Shown one piece after another: positions 19,634 through 29,423 of a stretch of 64,000 nucleotides of DNA. Location: contig JAEWVF010000018.1 in the NCBI GenBank assembly GCA_023459215.1, positions 70,243-134,242 of the forward strand, read 5' to 3'. The position numbers and the translations under genes were made by a program. The notes under the pieces were generated by a model. That model was given only the letters and a program-made list of their open reading frames with translations. It was not told the origin of the DNA and did not search any database. Position 1 is the first letter of the stretch. Every line of letters starts with the position of its first letter. The DNA comes from Chloroflexota bacterium (GTDB lineage: Bacteria > Chloroflexota > Anaerolineae > Anaerolineales > Villigracilaceae).

Positions 19634-22600
19634 ATGTTGGAAGGGCAATCTTTTGCCTGGGGTATAGGTCTGCTGATATTTGGACTGGTGTTTATTCTCC
19701 TGGTCTGGTCGTTCTTGCGCATCATTCCCAGGGTGCGCCCAGCCCAAATCCAGCCTGTACAGCATTCACTGCCCCAGATGCAAGGGAATGACGATGCCGT
19801 TCTGATTGTGCAAACCGGGGGGCGGATTTCATACGTTAATGAAATCGCCAAGGAATGGTTTGATCTGGCAGAAGGGGAGCAGCCCAGTCTTGATCGGATA
19901 GGCCGCAGAGTGCGGCCTGGTGAAACTTTCCTCGAAATATGCGCCGTTCAAGGTCAGGCGCGTTTTTCAATTAATGGCAGGTTGATCGACGCAATTTCCT
20001 ATCCCTTGCCGGGCGAGATTCCCTCCATTCTGGTTGCCATGCGCGCAGCCAAAAGCACTTTGATGGTCGGCAGCCAGGAAGGTCTTTCCGAAAATGCGCT
20101 TAAAACCGTTGCCGATTTCGGTCAGGCGGTCACTTCGAACTTGAGCATTGAAGCCACAGTTCAATCCATCCTGACTCATATCGAGCAACTGGTCGCTTCC
20201 GACTTTTTGGAACTGAAAGTTTGGAATGAGACCCTGGAAAACTTTTCCATTTATCGTATAAGCGGCGCCGATGGGGCGAACCGGAAGGTAATCATCGAGA
20301 AGGAAAGTCAGTTCGGTGATTACGAAAAGCATGTTTTTTCTGCGAAACAGGAATTGGTGATTGACAATACGCGCATGGCTTCCCATGTTCGTTTTGATTT
20401 TAAAGGCAGTTCAGTGCCTCCGATGGGCTCGTATATCGGCTTGCCGCTCGAAACTGCCGGGCAGCAGGTCGGTTTGCTGGAAGTGGGGGTTGTTCCAACC
20501 AACGGGTTTTCACAAGACGATGTCAGCCTGTTGAAGATGGTCAGCGGGCAGGCTGCCGTGGCCGTCCGCAATGCCCGCCTTTATGAAACCCAGGAAAAGT
20601 GGACTACCCAGCTTTTGGGCCTGACCAAACTGTCCCAGGCGGTCGGATCGTTGCGGGACATCAAGGACCTTTTCTCCAGCCTGATCGACGGCTTGTCCCC
20701 GCTGTTCAATGTCAATATCCTCGGCTTTTTACTGTATGATGAACAGCGCCGCATGCTTGAAGGCCAGCCGCCGTTTTTTGGCTTATCCAGCCAGGTGGTT
20801 GATATCTACAAGACCGTTGTTCGGCCCGGCAGCCCGGCTGAGAAACTGATTTTTAGCCAGGATATTCTCTCCAGCCAGAACGCTTCACTTGACCCGGCCT
20901 GGGATGAACTTGGTTTACGTGATATGGCGCAGGCAGCCAGCATGCGCGATACTACCCTGATCCCGCTGATTTCTGCTGGCCGTTTCCTGGGCTATTTACA
21001 GCTTTCAAACCATAAATTTGGCCATTCGCAACTCAACACCGAAGAACTTCAACTCTTAAACCTGGTAGCGAACCAGGTTGCGGCGATGATTGACAACGCT
21101 CTCCTGGTGCAGCAAGCCCGCCAGCGGAATCAACGTTCCGAGGCGATGCGCCGCCTGGCCAGTCTGGTTAGTTCAACGGCAACCCTTGATGAAATTTTGC
21201 GCTTTTCCATCCAGGAGGCCTCTACACTGCTACGCGCCGATATGGGCGCTGCCTTCTTGCTGGATGAGCACGAAGGTTCGATGCATGTTCACGTTGATTC
21301 GGTTTATGGGGTGGATATCGAGAACAGCAAACCCTTAGCGAAAATCAACGTGAAACCGGCTGTTTTTTACCAGACGGTGGCTGGCAGCCAGCGTTCATTT
21401 GTATCTGGCAACCTGACCAAAGACCGGCGAGTTTTGCCCCTCTATCGCGCATTCGTCCGACGCCTAAAGATCGAATCCTGTATTGTCGTACCGCTTGTCG
21501 TCCGTGGACAAGGTATCGGGGAACTGATGTTTGGCGCGCGGGAACAGGAATTGTTCACCAATAGCGATTTGCAGATGGCCGCCATTATCGGCAGCCAGTT
21601 GGCAGTGGCGATTGAAAATGCGCGCTATTCCCAGCATTCCAGGCAGGATGTTAATCTCCAGGCTGAACAGGTAATCCATGTCAGCCGGATCGCCCGCGAA
21701 CTCACCGCAACCAACGATCTCCGGGAACTGCTGCGCCTGATTTACGAAGAGAGTCTCAAGGTGACCAGGGCTGACTGTGGCTCAGTCATGTTCTTCAACT
21801 TCTCCGAAATAGAAGACGACCAACAGCAAGCTCGCACGGTTGTGATGGCTCTCGGGCATTCGCCTGATGCCGATTTGCTCTGGCGGGAGCACATTTCTGT
21901 TTTGAAACATGAGCCGCTTGTGTTGCGCACGGATGGCGACAGCGCTCAACCGCCGCATGATGGCATTGAACGGGTTGTGCTGACGCCGATTACCTATCAG
22001 GATAACCTCTTTGGCTTGATTGAGTTGCATGCCTCCCAGGCGGATGTTTTTGACGGGCCAGTGCTTGAAACCTTGCGTACGCTAGGCATTCAGGCTGCCC
22101 TGGCCATTGCCAACGCTGTTCGTTACCGCGAACAGCGCCAGCGGATTGAATCTTTGCGCACCCGCGCCGAAACGCTGGGATCGTTATTTGAAGTATCACA
22201 AAAACTGGGATTGGATCGCCCGCTTCCCGATATATTAACCATGATTGCGGAATCGATCCAGAAGTCGACCCAGTTCGATGTTATTTTGATCAGCTTGCTC
22301 GATGGCGAAAGCGGACTTTTGCAGCGTACCTCGGCCGTTGGCGTTTCGCCCGAGACTTTTGCGCAATTGCAGGAACACCAACAGCCCTGGGCGAGCCTGG
22401 TTCAACTCCTCAAACCGGAATTTGAGCACGGGAACCTGTATTTCATCCCGCATGAGCAGATTCCCATTGTTTCCAGGGATTTGCAACTGGTTACTTTGAT
22501 TGAAGGCGCTGGCGAGACCCCGAACGCATGGCATCCTGAAGATTTGTTGTTGGTGCCAGTCATGGATCAGCATAACAATCCGCTTGGCTTGATTAGTGTG

Positions 22601-25600
22601 GACGCCCCGCGAGATGGCAAACGCCCTGACGCTGCCACGTTCGACACGCTGGAGATTTTTGCGTCCCAGGTTCAAATTGCAATCAGCAATGCCAAGCGCT
22701 ATGCCGACCTTGGCCGCGAAATGCAGAATTTGTCTGTTGAAGTGCAGCGCCAAAAGAGCCTGGTCGGATTTAGCCAGCGTAACCTGCCGGTCTTGTTGAA
22801 TAAAGACCTTGACCAGACCATTGCGATTAATTATCTCAATCAACGCGCCCGCCATATTCGGGCTGGCTTGAACCTGACCGAGTCAATCAGTCGCCAGATT
22901 AACTTTGGCTCGGCTTTGTATACCCTTGGTCAGCAGGTTTTGTTTAGTTTTGATATGTCGATTTCGCTGGTGGCCAAGGATACCCCTGAAGGTCCCCAGA
23001 TTGTCCATATGCTCGGCAGTTTGCCGCGCGGCGTTAACCCCGATGCCATGTTTGGCCAGCGCAATCCCCTGCGTTCCTGCATCCAGACCGGCGAAACGCT
23101 AATCTCCGCCAACCTGGATGAAGACGAAACCTGGCACGACACGCCTTTCCTGACCGCGCTCAAGGCCAAATCTTTTATTTGTTTACCCCTGGTGGTGAAC
23201 AATAAACCTGTCGCCGCGATTTTGGCCACAGATACCGAGCCGATGCCGGTATTGTCCAAGGATGATCACCAGGTTTATATCCAGATTGCCCGGCAGCTTT
23301 CGATTATTGTTCAGAATATCGGTTTGTTGAGCGAAACTCGCCAGCGCCTCGAAGAAGTTAATCTGCTGCTCGATTTCAGCCGCCGCTTGAGCGGTTTGAG
23401 CCCGACTGAAATCTTGCAGGCCTTGCTCGATAGCTCATTGCGTGTTGTTTCGCCTGCCCATGCCGGTGTGGTTTTGCTTTGGGATGAGTCTGAAGAAGTC
23501 CTTGTGCCAAAAGCGGCCTCCAACTACGTCGATAATGAAAGCACCATGGAAATTACCTATCGCGTGGGCGAAGGTTTGCCGGGCCGCGTATTTGCCAGCC
23601 GCCATTCCCAGATTATCGACGAAATTAATTTCACGGCGGATTACAACCTTTCTGCGGATAGCTTGTTGCTCTATCGTAAGGCTACCGGCGGACGTTTGCC
23701 CGTTTCGTCGATTGCTGTCCCGATCCAGACCAATGAACGCAGCATGGGCATCCTTATCCTCGATAACTTCAACACTACGGCTGCATTCCGCCAGGACGAT
23801 GAAGCTATTCTGTCATCGCTAACCCAGCAGGTTGCCCTGTCGCTTGAGAATGTCCGCCTGGTACAGGCCACCCAGGAGCGCGCAGCCCAACTGCAGGCCC
23901 TTAACTCGGTGGCGGCTGCCCTGAGTTCATCCCTCAACCGCGACGAACTGATTGCCTCGCTCCTTGACCGTATCAGCACGCTGATTGCCTTCGATACGGC
24001 CATTCTGTGGATGCGCTCCGAAGACCAGTTGGTGGTTGCCGAAGCGCGTGGTTTTAGCGACACCGAAGACCGCAAGGGGCTCTCGGTTTCGGTTGAAGAT
24101 AGTATCCTGCTCAAACAGATGATTCAGTCCGGGCAGGCAATTTCAGTGGGTGATGTTCGCACTGACCCGCGCTTCTCCTCGCTGGTCGAAGCCAAGAATT
24201 TATCCTGGCTGGGCTTGCCGATCATGGTCAAGGGGAAGGTGATTGGCGTTATCGCCCTTGAAAAAGCCGAGATGTATTACTACACCAACGACCAAATCCA
24301 ACTGGCGGCGACGTTTGCCAGCCAGGCGGCGGTGGCGATTGATAACGCCAACCTGTTTGAAGAGAGTCTGCGCCGCACCTCTGAACTGGATGAGCGCTCA
24401 CAGCGTTTGGCCTTGCTGAACCAGTTCTCCTCTGACTTGAGCGGTTCACTGAATGCGGATCAGGTTTTGCGCTTGACAGCCAGCCAGTTGACGCGTGCGC
24501 TTGGCGCGGATTCTGCCATGGTGGTTATGCTCGACCGGAATGATAAATCTTTCCTGCTGGCGGTTCTGCCCGAAGAGAACGACCACCCATCCATGTACCG
24601 CGCTCTGCCTTCTTCGCAAATCATGTCCGAATTGCGCGAGTCGCAGACAGTTTACGTTGTCGATAACATCAGTGGTCATCCTGAACTGCAGCCCTTTGCA
24701 GAAATCACCGAAGGCGCCAGTTCCTTGCTGATTTTGCCGGTTTTCAGCTCGCAAAGCAACTATGCAATTATCGTGCTGACCAATGATGTTCATGTTTTCT
24801 CGTCCACTGAGATCGAAATTGCCAGAACCCTTGGAAACCAGGCAGCCATTGCCTTGGAAAATGCCGACCTGTATCAATCGACCCTGGCAACCGCCGAGCG
24901 CTTGTCGATTTTGAACCAGGTCAGTTTTGAGATTGGTTCCAGCCTCGACCCCGAACAGGTTTACCACGCTGTTCACGAGGCGGTCGCCAAACTGATGCCT
25001 CTCGATGCCTTTGTGATTGCCCTTCACGATGAAGAGACCAACGAAGTGGATGGCGTTTATATCGTCGATATGGGCCAACGCATCACCGGCATTCGCCTAC
25101 CTTATGGACAGGGTCTAAGCGGCAACGTGATTGCCACCGGCCAGCCGGTTTTGACCTTGACCTCCTCCGAAGCCGATAACCAGGGAGCGGTTACGGTAGG
25201 CGAAAAGGGAACTCCCAACTCGATTATTGCCGTGCCGATGTTCCAGGGCAGCAAAACCATCGGTATGCTCTCCGCCCAAAGCTATCAGCATAACGCTTAT
25301 TCAGAGAGCGATATTCAGTTGTTGAGCACGTTTGCCAACCAGGCCATGGTTGCCATCCAGAATGGCCGCCTGTTTGCCGAAACCCAACAGATGACTTCCA
25401 CGCTTGAACAGCGCGTTATCGAGCGTACGGCTGAACTGGAGCGTGAACAGCGCAACACAGAAACACTTCTGCGCATTCTCACCGAAGTTTCGTCGAGTCT
25501 TGACCTTGACCGCGCTCTCAGCCGCACCCTGGCCTTGTTGAACGATGCCATTGGCGCCGAACAGGGCACTATCATGCTGCTCAACCCCGAAGACAACATG

Positions 25601-27088
25601 CTTCACTACCGCGCCGGTTACGGTTATCTCTCCGAATCTGCCGAACAGGGTGATTTGAAACCGCAGCAAAACGCGTTCAAGTTGAAGATCGGTGAAGGCC
25701 TGGCCGGGTGGGTGGTGAAAAACCGCCAATCGGTGCTGGTTGAAGACCTGTACACCGACCCGCGCTGGATGGTCTCACAAGGCTCACAGAACCACCGCAG
25801 CGCGGTGATTGCCCCCCTGACGGTGGGCGAGGACGTTATTGGCGCGATCATGGTCTACCACAGGCGCTTGGCGTTCTTCTCTGACGATTCACTCGAAATG
25901 GTCAAGGCGATTGGTTCGCAGGTGGCTATTGCCATTAACAACGCCCAGTTGTACGAATTGATCCGCGACCAGGCGGAGCGCCTTGGCTCCTACCTGCGCT
26001 CCCAGCAGATGGAAGCCAGCCGCCAAACGGCCATCCTCGAAGCGGTTGCCGATGGCGTCCTGGTTACGAATTCGTCCAACACCATTAGTTTCGTCAATCC
26101 CTCTGCGGAGAAGATTCTAAGCATCAACTCGGCCCAAATTTCTGGCCGCTCGCTGGAAAACTTCGCCGGTTTGTTTGGCAAAAGCTCCCAGACCTGGATG
26201 CAAACTGTGCGCGACTGGTCTGAGAACTCCGTCAGCCATAGCGGCGAAACGTATGCAGAGCAAATCAGTCTGGATAACGGTCGTGTGGTTTTGGTGCATC
26301 TGGCCCCGGTAGTCTGGCAAAACGAATTTCTCGGTACGGTTTCCATCTTCCGTGATATTACCCACGAGGTGGAAGTGGACCGGCTCAAGTCCGAGTTTGT
26401 GGCCACCGTCAGCCATGAATTGCGCACCCCGATGACCTCCATCCGCGGCTATGTTGATATCCTGCTGATGGGCGCGGCTGGCGAACTTACCCAGAGCCAA
26501 CTGCACTTCCTTGAAATTGTTAAGAACAACACCGAGCGTTTGAACATCCTGGTCAATGATTTGCTCGATATTTCGCGGATCGAAACCGGGCGCGTCACCC
26601 TCAGTCTGCAACCGATGGATTTGCGCGAGGTGACCGACGAAGTGGTTGCCGAGGTTCTGCGGCGTTCCCAGGAAGAGAACAAGCCGATGGCAATCGAAGT
26701 CGATGCCCAACCCAATTTGCCGCTCGCCCTGGTCGACCCGGATCGCATTCAGCAGATCATAGGCAATTTGGTAGATAATGCCTATAATTACACCCCGAAA
26801 GATGGCAAGATCACCATCCACATCCACAGCGATGGCTCGGATGTACAGGTTGACGTTCAGGATACCGGGGTGGGCATTCCTCTGGAAGACCAGGAGCGTG
26901 TCTTTGAACGTTTCTTCCGCGGCGAAGATCCTTTGGTGCTGGCAACCCCCGGAACAGGCCTGGGACTCTCGATTGTCTCCCAACTGGTCGAGATGCATCA
27001 TGGTAAGATTTGGATGAGAAGTTCCGGCTTGCCCGGCGATGGAAGCACGTTCTCCTTCACCGTGCCAGCCGATAAGAATGAGGAGTAG
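19634..27088 (+). CDS. Giant sensor histidine kinase: N-terminal TM segment, roughly 8-10 tandem GAF domains, PAS domain, HisKA, HATPase_c
   Basis: 2484-aa continuous ORF; H-box SHELRTPMTSIRGY, N/G1/G2 boxes DNAYNYT, QDTGVGIP, GTGLGLSIV. Confidence 0.9.
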   Translation: MLEGQSFAWGIGLLIFGLVFILLVWSFLRIIPRVRPAQIQPVQHSLPQMQGNDDAVLIVQTGGRISYVNEIAKEWFDLAEGEQPSLDRIGRRVRPGETFLEICAVQGQARFSINGRLIDAISYPLPGEIPSILVAMRAAKSTLMVGSQEGLSENALKTVADFGQAVTSNLSIEATVQSILTHIEQLVASDFLELKVWNETLENFSIYRISGADGANRKVIIEKESQFGDYEKHVFSAKQELVIDNTRMASHVRFDFKGSSVPPMGSYIGLPLETAGQQVGLLEVGVVPTNGFSQDDVSLLKMVSGQAAVAVRNARLYETQEKWTTQLLGLTKLSQAVGSLRDIKDLFSSLIDGLSPLFNVNILGFLLYDEQRRMLEGQPPFFGLSSQVVDIYKTVVRPGSPAEKLIFSQDILSSQNASLDPAWDELGLRDMAQAASMRDTTLIPLISAGRFLGYLQLSNHKFGHSQLNTEELQLLNLVANQVAAMIDNALLVQQARQRNQRSEAMRRLASLVSSTATLDEILRFSIQEASTLLRADMGAAFLLDEHEGSMHVHVDSVYGVDIENSKPLAKINVKPAVFYQTVAGSQRSFVSGNLTKDRRVLPLYRAFVRRLKIESCIVVPLVVRGQGIGELMFGAREQELFTNSDLQMAAIIGSQLAVAIENARYSQHSRQDVNLQAEQVIHVSRIARELTATNDLRELLRLIYEESLKVTRADCGSVMFFNFSEIEDDQQQARTVVMALGHSPDADLLWREHISVLKHEPLVLRTDGDSAQPPHDGIERVVLTPITYQDNLFGLIELHASQADVFDGPVLETLRTLGIQAALAIANAVRYREQRQRIESLRTRAETLGSLFEVSQKLGLDRPLPDILTMIAESIQKSTQFDVILISLLDGESGLLQRTSAVGVSPETFAQLQEHQQPWASLVQLLKPEFEHGNLYFIPHEQIPIVSRDLQLVTLIEGAGETPNAWHPEDLLLVPVMDQHNNPLGLISVDAPRDGKRPDAATFDTLEIFASQVQIAISNAKRYADLGREMQNLSVEVQRQKSLVGFSQRNLPVLLNKDLDQTIAINYLNQRARHIRAGLNLTESISRQINFGSALYTLGQQVLFSFDMSISLVAKDTPEGPQIVHMLGSLPRGVNPDAMFGQRNPLRSCIQTGETLISANLDEDETWHDTPFLTALKAKSFICLPLVVNNKPVAAILATDTEPMPVLSKDDHQVYIQIARQLSIIVQNIGLLSETRQRLEEVNLLLDFSRRLSGLSPTEILQALLDSSLRVVSPAHAGVVLLWDESEEVLVPKAASNYVDNESTMEITYRVGEGLPGRVFASRHSQIIDEINFTADYNLSADSLLLYRKATGGRLPVSSIAVPIQTNERSMGILILDNFNTTAAFRQDDEAILSSLTQQVALSLENVRLVQATQERAAQLQALNSVAAALSSSLNRDELIASLLDRISTLIAFDTAILWMRSEDQLVVAEARGFSDTEDRKGLSVSVEDSILLKQMIQSGQAISVGDVRTDPRFSSLVEAKNLSWLGLPIMVKGKVIGVIALEKAEMYYYTNDQIQLAATFASQAAVAIDNANLFEESLRRTSELDERSQRLALLNQFSSDLSGSLNADQVLRLTASQLTRALGADSAMVVMLDRNDKSFLLAVLPEENDHPSMYRALPSSQIMSELRESQTVYVVDNISGHPELQPFAEITEGASSLLILPVFSSQSNYAIIVLTNDVHVFSSTEIEIARTLGNQAAIALENADLYQSTLATAERLSILNQVSFEIGSSLDPEQVYHAVHEAVAKLMPLDAFVIALHDEETNEVDGVYIVDMGQRITGIRLPYGQGLSGNVIATGQPVLTLTSSEADNQGAVTVGEKGTPNSIIAVPMFQGSKTIGMLSAQSYQHNAYSESDIQLLSTFANQAMVAIQNGRLFAETQQMTSTLEQRVIERTAELEREQRNTETLLRILTEVSSSLDLDRALSRTLALLNDAIGAEQGTIMLLNPEDNMLHYRAGYGYLSESAEQGDLKPQQNAFKLKIGEGLAGWVVKNRQSVLVEDLYTDPRWMVSQGSQNHRSAVIAPLTVGEDVIGAIMVYHRRLAFFSDDSLEMVKAIGSQVAIAINNAQLYELIRDQAERLGSYLRSQQMEASRQTAILEAVADGVLVTNSSNTISFVNPSAEKILSINSAQISGRSLENFAGLFGKSSQTWMQTVRDWSENSVSHSGETYAEQISLDNGRVVLVHLAPVVWQNEFLGTVSIFRDITHEVEVDRLKSEFVATVSHELRTPMTSIRGYVDILLMGAAGELTQSQLHFLEIVKNNTERLNILVNDLLDISRIETGRVTLSLQPMDLREVTDEVVAEVLRRSQEENKPMAIEVDAQPNLPLALVDPDRIQQIIGNLVDNAYNYTPKDGKITIHIHSDGSDVQVDVQDTGVGIPLEDQERVFERFFRGEDPLVLATPGTGLGLSIVSQLVEMHHGKIWMRSSGLPGDGSTFSFTVPADKNEE

Positions 27089-27090
27089 TG

Positions 27091-27465
27091 ATGGCAAAAA
27101 TTGTGATTGCTGAAGATGAACCGGATATTCGCGAACTGATCGCGTTTACCCTGCGTTTTGCCGGTCATGAAGTCGTAACGGGCGCCAACGGACAGGAAGG
27201 CTATGAGTTGGCCAAACAGCATAAACCTGATTTGATTATGCTGGATGTGCGCATGCCCAAACTGACAGGCTATGAAGCCTGCCAGCGCATCAAATCCGAG
27301 CCGGATATTGCCCATATCCCGGTGATTTTTCTCTCGGCCAAGGGCCAGGAATCGGAAATCGAGCAGGGTCTCTCGGTTGGTGCTGAGCAATATTTGCTCA
27401 AACCGTTTGCGCCCGACCAATTGACCCAGCAAGTCCGCGAAGTTTTAACCAAATACGGGAAATAG
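27091..27465 (+). CDS. Single-domain CheY-like response regulator
   Basis: AEDEPDIR..D in LIMLDVRMP..KP; starts 3 nt after kinase stop. Confidence 0.85.
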   Translation: MAKIVIAEDEPDIRELIAFTLRFAGHEVVTGANGQEGYELAKQHKPDLIMLDVRMPKLTGYEACQRIKSEPDIAHIPVIFLSAKGQESEIEQGLSVGAEQYLLKPFAPDQLTQQVREVLTKYGK

Positions 27466-27477
27466 TTTTTACAAAAA

Positions 27478-28263
27478 ATGAGCGCAATTCTTCTGGATGG
27501 TGGCATAGTTCATTACGAGGTGATTGGGCGTGGACGTCCAATTATCTTCCTGCACGGCTGGATCGGCTCTTGGCGTTATTGGATTCCGGCCTTGCAATCT
27601 GCCTCCACCAACTTCCGCGCTTACGCGGTCGATTTATGGGGCTTTGGCGATACCGCCCGTGAGCCGGACCGCTATTCGCTCGACAGGCAGATGACCTTGC
27701 TTGACCAGTTCTTGCAGGAAATGGGGATCGGCAAGGTTGCCCTGGTTGGGCATGGCTTGGGTGCGATTATCGGTCTTCATTACACCCTGCGCCATCCCAA
27801 TACCGTCGACCGGATCATGGCGTTGAATGCGCCGATCGACCTGACCTCGGTCAACGCCCGCCTGCGCACCGATTCGCTTTCCAACCTGACCGACTGGCTG
27901 CTTAGCAAAACGCCGGAGGCCGAACCCGCCCGGGTGGATGGCCTGCGCGCCGATCCGCTGGCGATTTCTGAGTCGTTCAACAATTCCGAGCAGTTCACCC
28001 TGTCTGGCAAGCTGCTTTCGATGAACAATTCCTGCCTGATGGTCTACGGCCAGAGCGACCCGGCCATTACCGTCCCGATGCTGGACCCCAACCTGACGCC
28101 CTCGATGCTGCACCTGTTGCTGCTCGAGCAAACCGGTCATTTCCCCATGCTCGAAGATACCGCGCGTTTTAACCGGCTGTTGACCGACTTCCTGGCGCTC
28201 GAGTCGGGAGATACCCCGCGCAATTTGCAGCTAAAAGAAGAATGGAAGCGCCGCGTGCGCTAA
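27478..28263 (+). CDS. Alpha/beta-hydrolase-fold protein (paralog 2, nucleophile Ser replaced: GHGLGA)
   Basis: About 50% identical over the aligned N-terminal ~100 aa to the 14910-15710 product but GxSxG is GHGLG; His retained. Confidence 0.75.
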   Translation: MSAILLDGGIVHYEVIGRGRPIIFLHGWIGSWRYWIPALQSASTNFRAYAVDLWGFGDTAREPDRYSLDRQMTLLDQFLQEMGIGKVALVGHGLGAIIGLHYTLRHPNTVDRIMALNAPIDLTSVNARLRTDSLSNLTDWLLSKTPEAEPARVDGLRADPLAISESFNNSEQFTLSGKLLSMNNSCLMVYGQSDPAITVPMLDPNLTPSMLHLLLLEQTGHFPMLEDTARFNRLLTDFLALESGDTPRNLQLKEEWKRRVR

Positions 28264-28281
28264 TTGCGTAGCCCGATATAC

Positions 28282-28307
28282 AAAAACGCGCTTTCGGGCG
28301 CGTTTTT
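28282..28307. terminator. Bidirectional rho-independent terminator ending the operon
   Basis: aaaaacgcgc-tttcgg-gcgcgttttt. Confidence 0.75.
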
Positions 28308-28326
28308 AGATTCACCAGGAAAGCGT

Positions 28327-28893
28327 TTACCGCTCTTCTTTTTGCTTCTGTTTGTGGAACCACATTCGCCCGATGAAATTTTCCCCGCGCAGGAATTGGT
28401 GATAGACAAATGCCAGCAGGTGCTGTCCGATGAGCAGCATCAGCACCAGCGACAGCGTCCCATGCCAGACGCGGGCCGGGTAGGCGTAAAAATCGGCGGG
28501 CAGGGGCTTGTCATTCCCCAGGAACAGGATGCCCCACAAATCCGTGGGCAAGGCCAGCCAGATGCCCACCAGCGCCATCAGGAAGGTGAATAAGTACAAC
28601 AGCGGCTGGACGTACACGCTCAGGACATCCAACAGTGGGATTTTTCGCCGCCCGGCTGCGGCTGGCCCCTCGATGCGATAGACTGGCCGCCCCATCAACC
28701 CGCGGACGATAAATCTGGCTACCGTTAAAACCAGGATCAGCACGCCGATGACGATATGCGCAGCCAGCGGAACCAGCTTGCTCTCGTCGTTGGGTTGGTT
28801 GGCCAGCGAAACCAATCCAATCAGGAAGGCCAGCAAAATCAGGATTGCGGATGCCCAGTGCAGGGCAACATAAAGCGGACGATAGCGATTCAT
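28327..28893 (-). CDS. Cytochrome b561 family protein (CybB-like), paralog A
   Basis: Four TM helices with conserved His, RY..HW N-terminal motif; ATGA overlap with upstream paralog suggests start at MNRYRP. Confidence 0.7.
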   Translation of the reverse strand: MNRYRPLYVALHWASAILILLAFLIGLVSLANQPNDESKLVPLAAHIVIGVLILVLTVARFIVRGLMGRPVYRIEGPAAAGRRKIPLLDVLSVYVQPLLYLFTFLMALVGIWLALPTDLWGILFLGNDKPLPADFYAYPARVWHGTLSLVLMLLIGQHLLAFVYHQFLRGENFIGRMWFHKQKQKEER

Positions 28894-29423
28894 TCGCCTT
28901 TGCCAAACCACATGCGCGCCAGCAGGTTATCCTTGCGGATGAATTGATGGAACAGGGCGGCTCCGATGTGCAGTAGCACCAATCCGCTCAGGACATAGCC
29001 AAAGAAACCGTGCCCAATCGCCGGGGGGAAGGCGGCGAAATCGGCGGGCAGGCTCCCGGCGCCCTCGAAGACGATTGCGGGCAGCCCGGCCAGGGCCGAG
29101 ATGCCCATCCCGCTGATGCCCATCCCGAGTGCGGCCAGATAAAGCAGATAGTGGGTGACGACGCCGACTTTGTCGAGTAGCGGATTGCCGGTGGTGGCGT
29201 GCTCAGGCTTTTTGCTGAAAACGCGCACCAGGAAACGCAGCACCGTCAGCGCGACGATGGTGATGCCAATCGGCATGTGCAGGCTCAAAACCTGGACTTT
29301 GGCGGCGTCATTGGGTGTTTCACCGAGGCGTGTGTAACCCATGACCAGCATCAGCAGGATCAAGGCTGCAATCAGCCAGTGTAAAATAACCAGGGCAGGG
29401 TGGTACCGTTTGGGGGTCGACAT
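28890..29423 (-). CDS. Cytochrome b561 family protein (CybB-like), paralog B
   Basis: KRYHPALVILHW motif, four TM helices with His ligands. Confidence 0.7.
   Translation of the reverse strand: MSTPKRYHPALVILHWLIAALILLMLVMGYTRLGETPNDAAKVQVLSLHMPIGITIVALTVLRFLVRVFSKKPEHATTGNPLLDKVGVVTHYLLYLAALGMGISGMGISALAGLPAIVFEGAGSLPADFAAFPPAIGHGFFGYVLSGLVLLHIGAALFHQFIRKDNLLARMWFGKGE

Noticed and set aside
19634-27088. Phytochrome / cyanobacteriochrome (bilin-binding) assignment for the multi-GAF kinase
   Set aside because: No Cys-His or DXCF chromophore-attachment motif found by eye in any GAF unit; left as generic GAF sensor.
19967-27097. Several antisense ORFs (e.g. 19967..20386, 22235..22855, 24446..25078, 26117..27097) within the giant kinase gene
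   Set aside because: The kinase frame is continuous for 7.4 kb with recognisable GAF/PAS/HisKA/HATPase motifs; antisense ORFs lack features.
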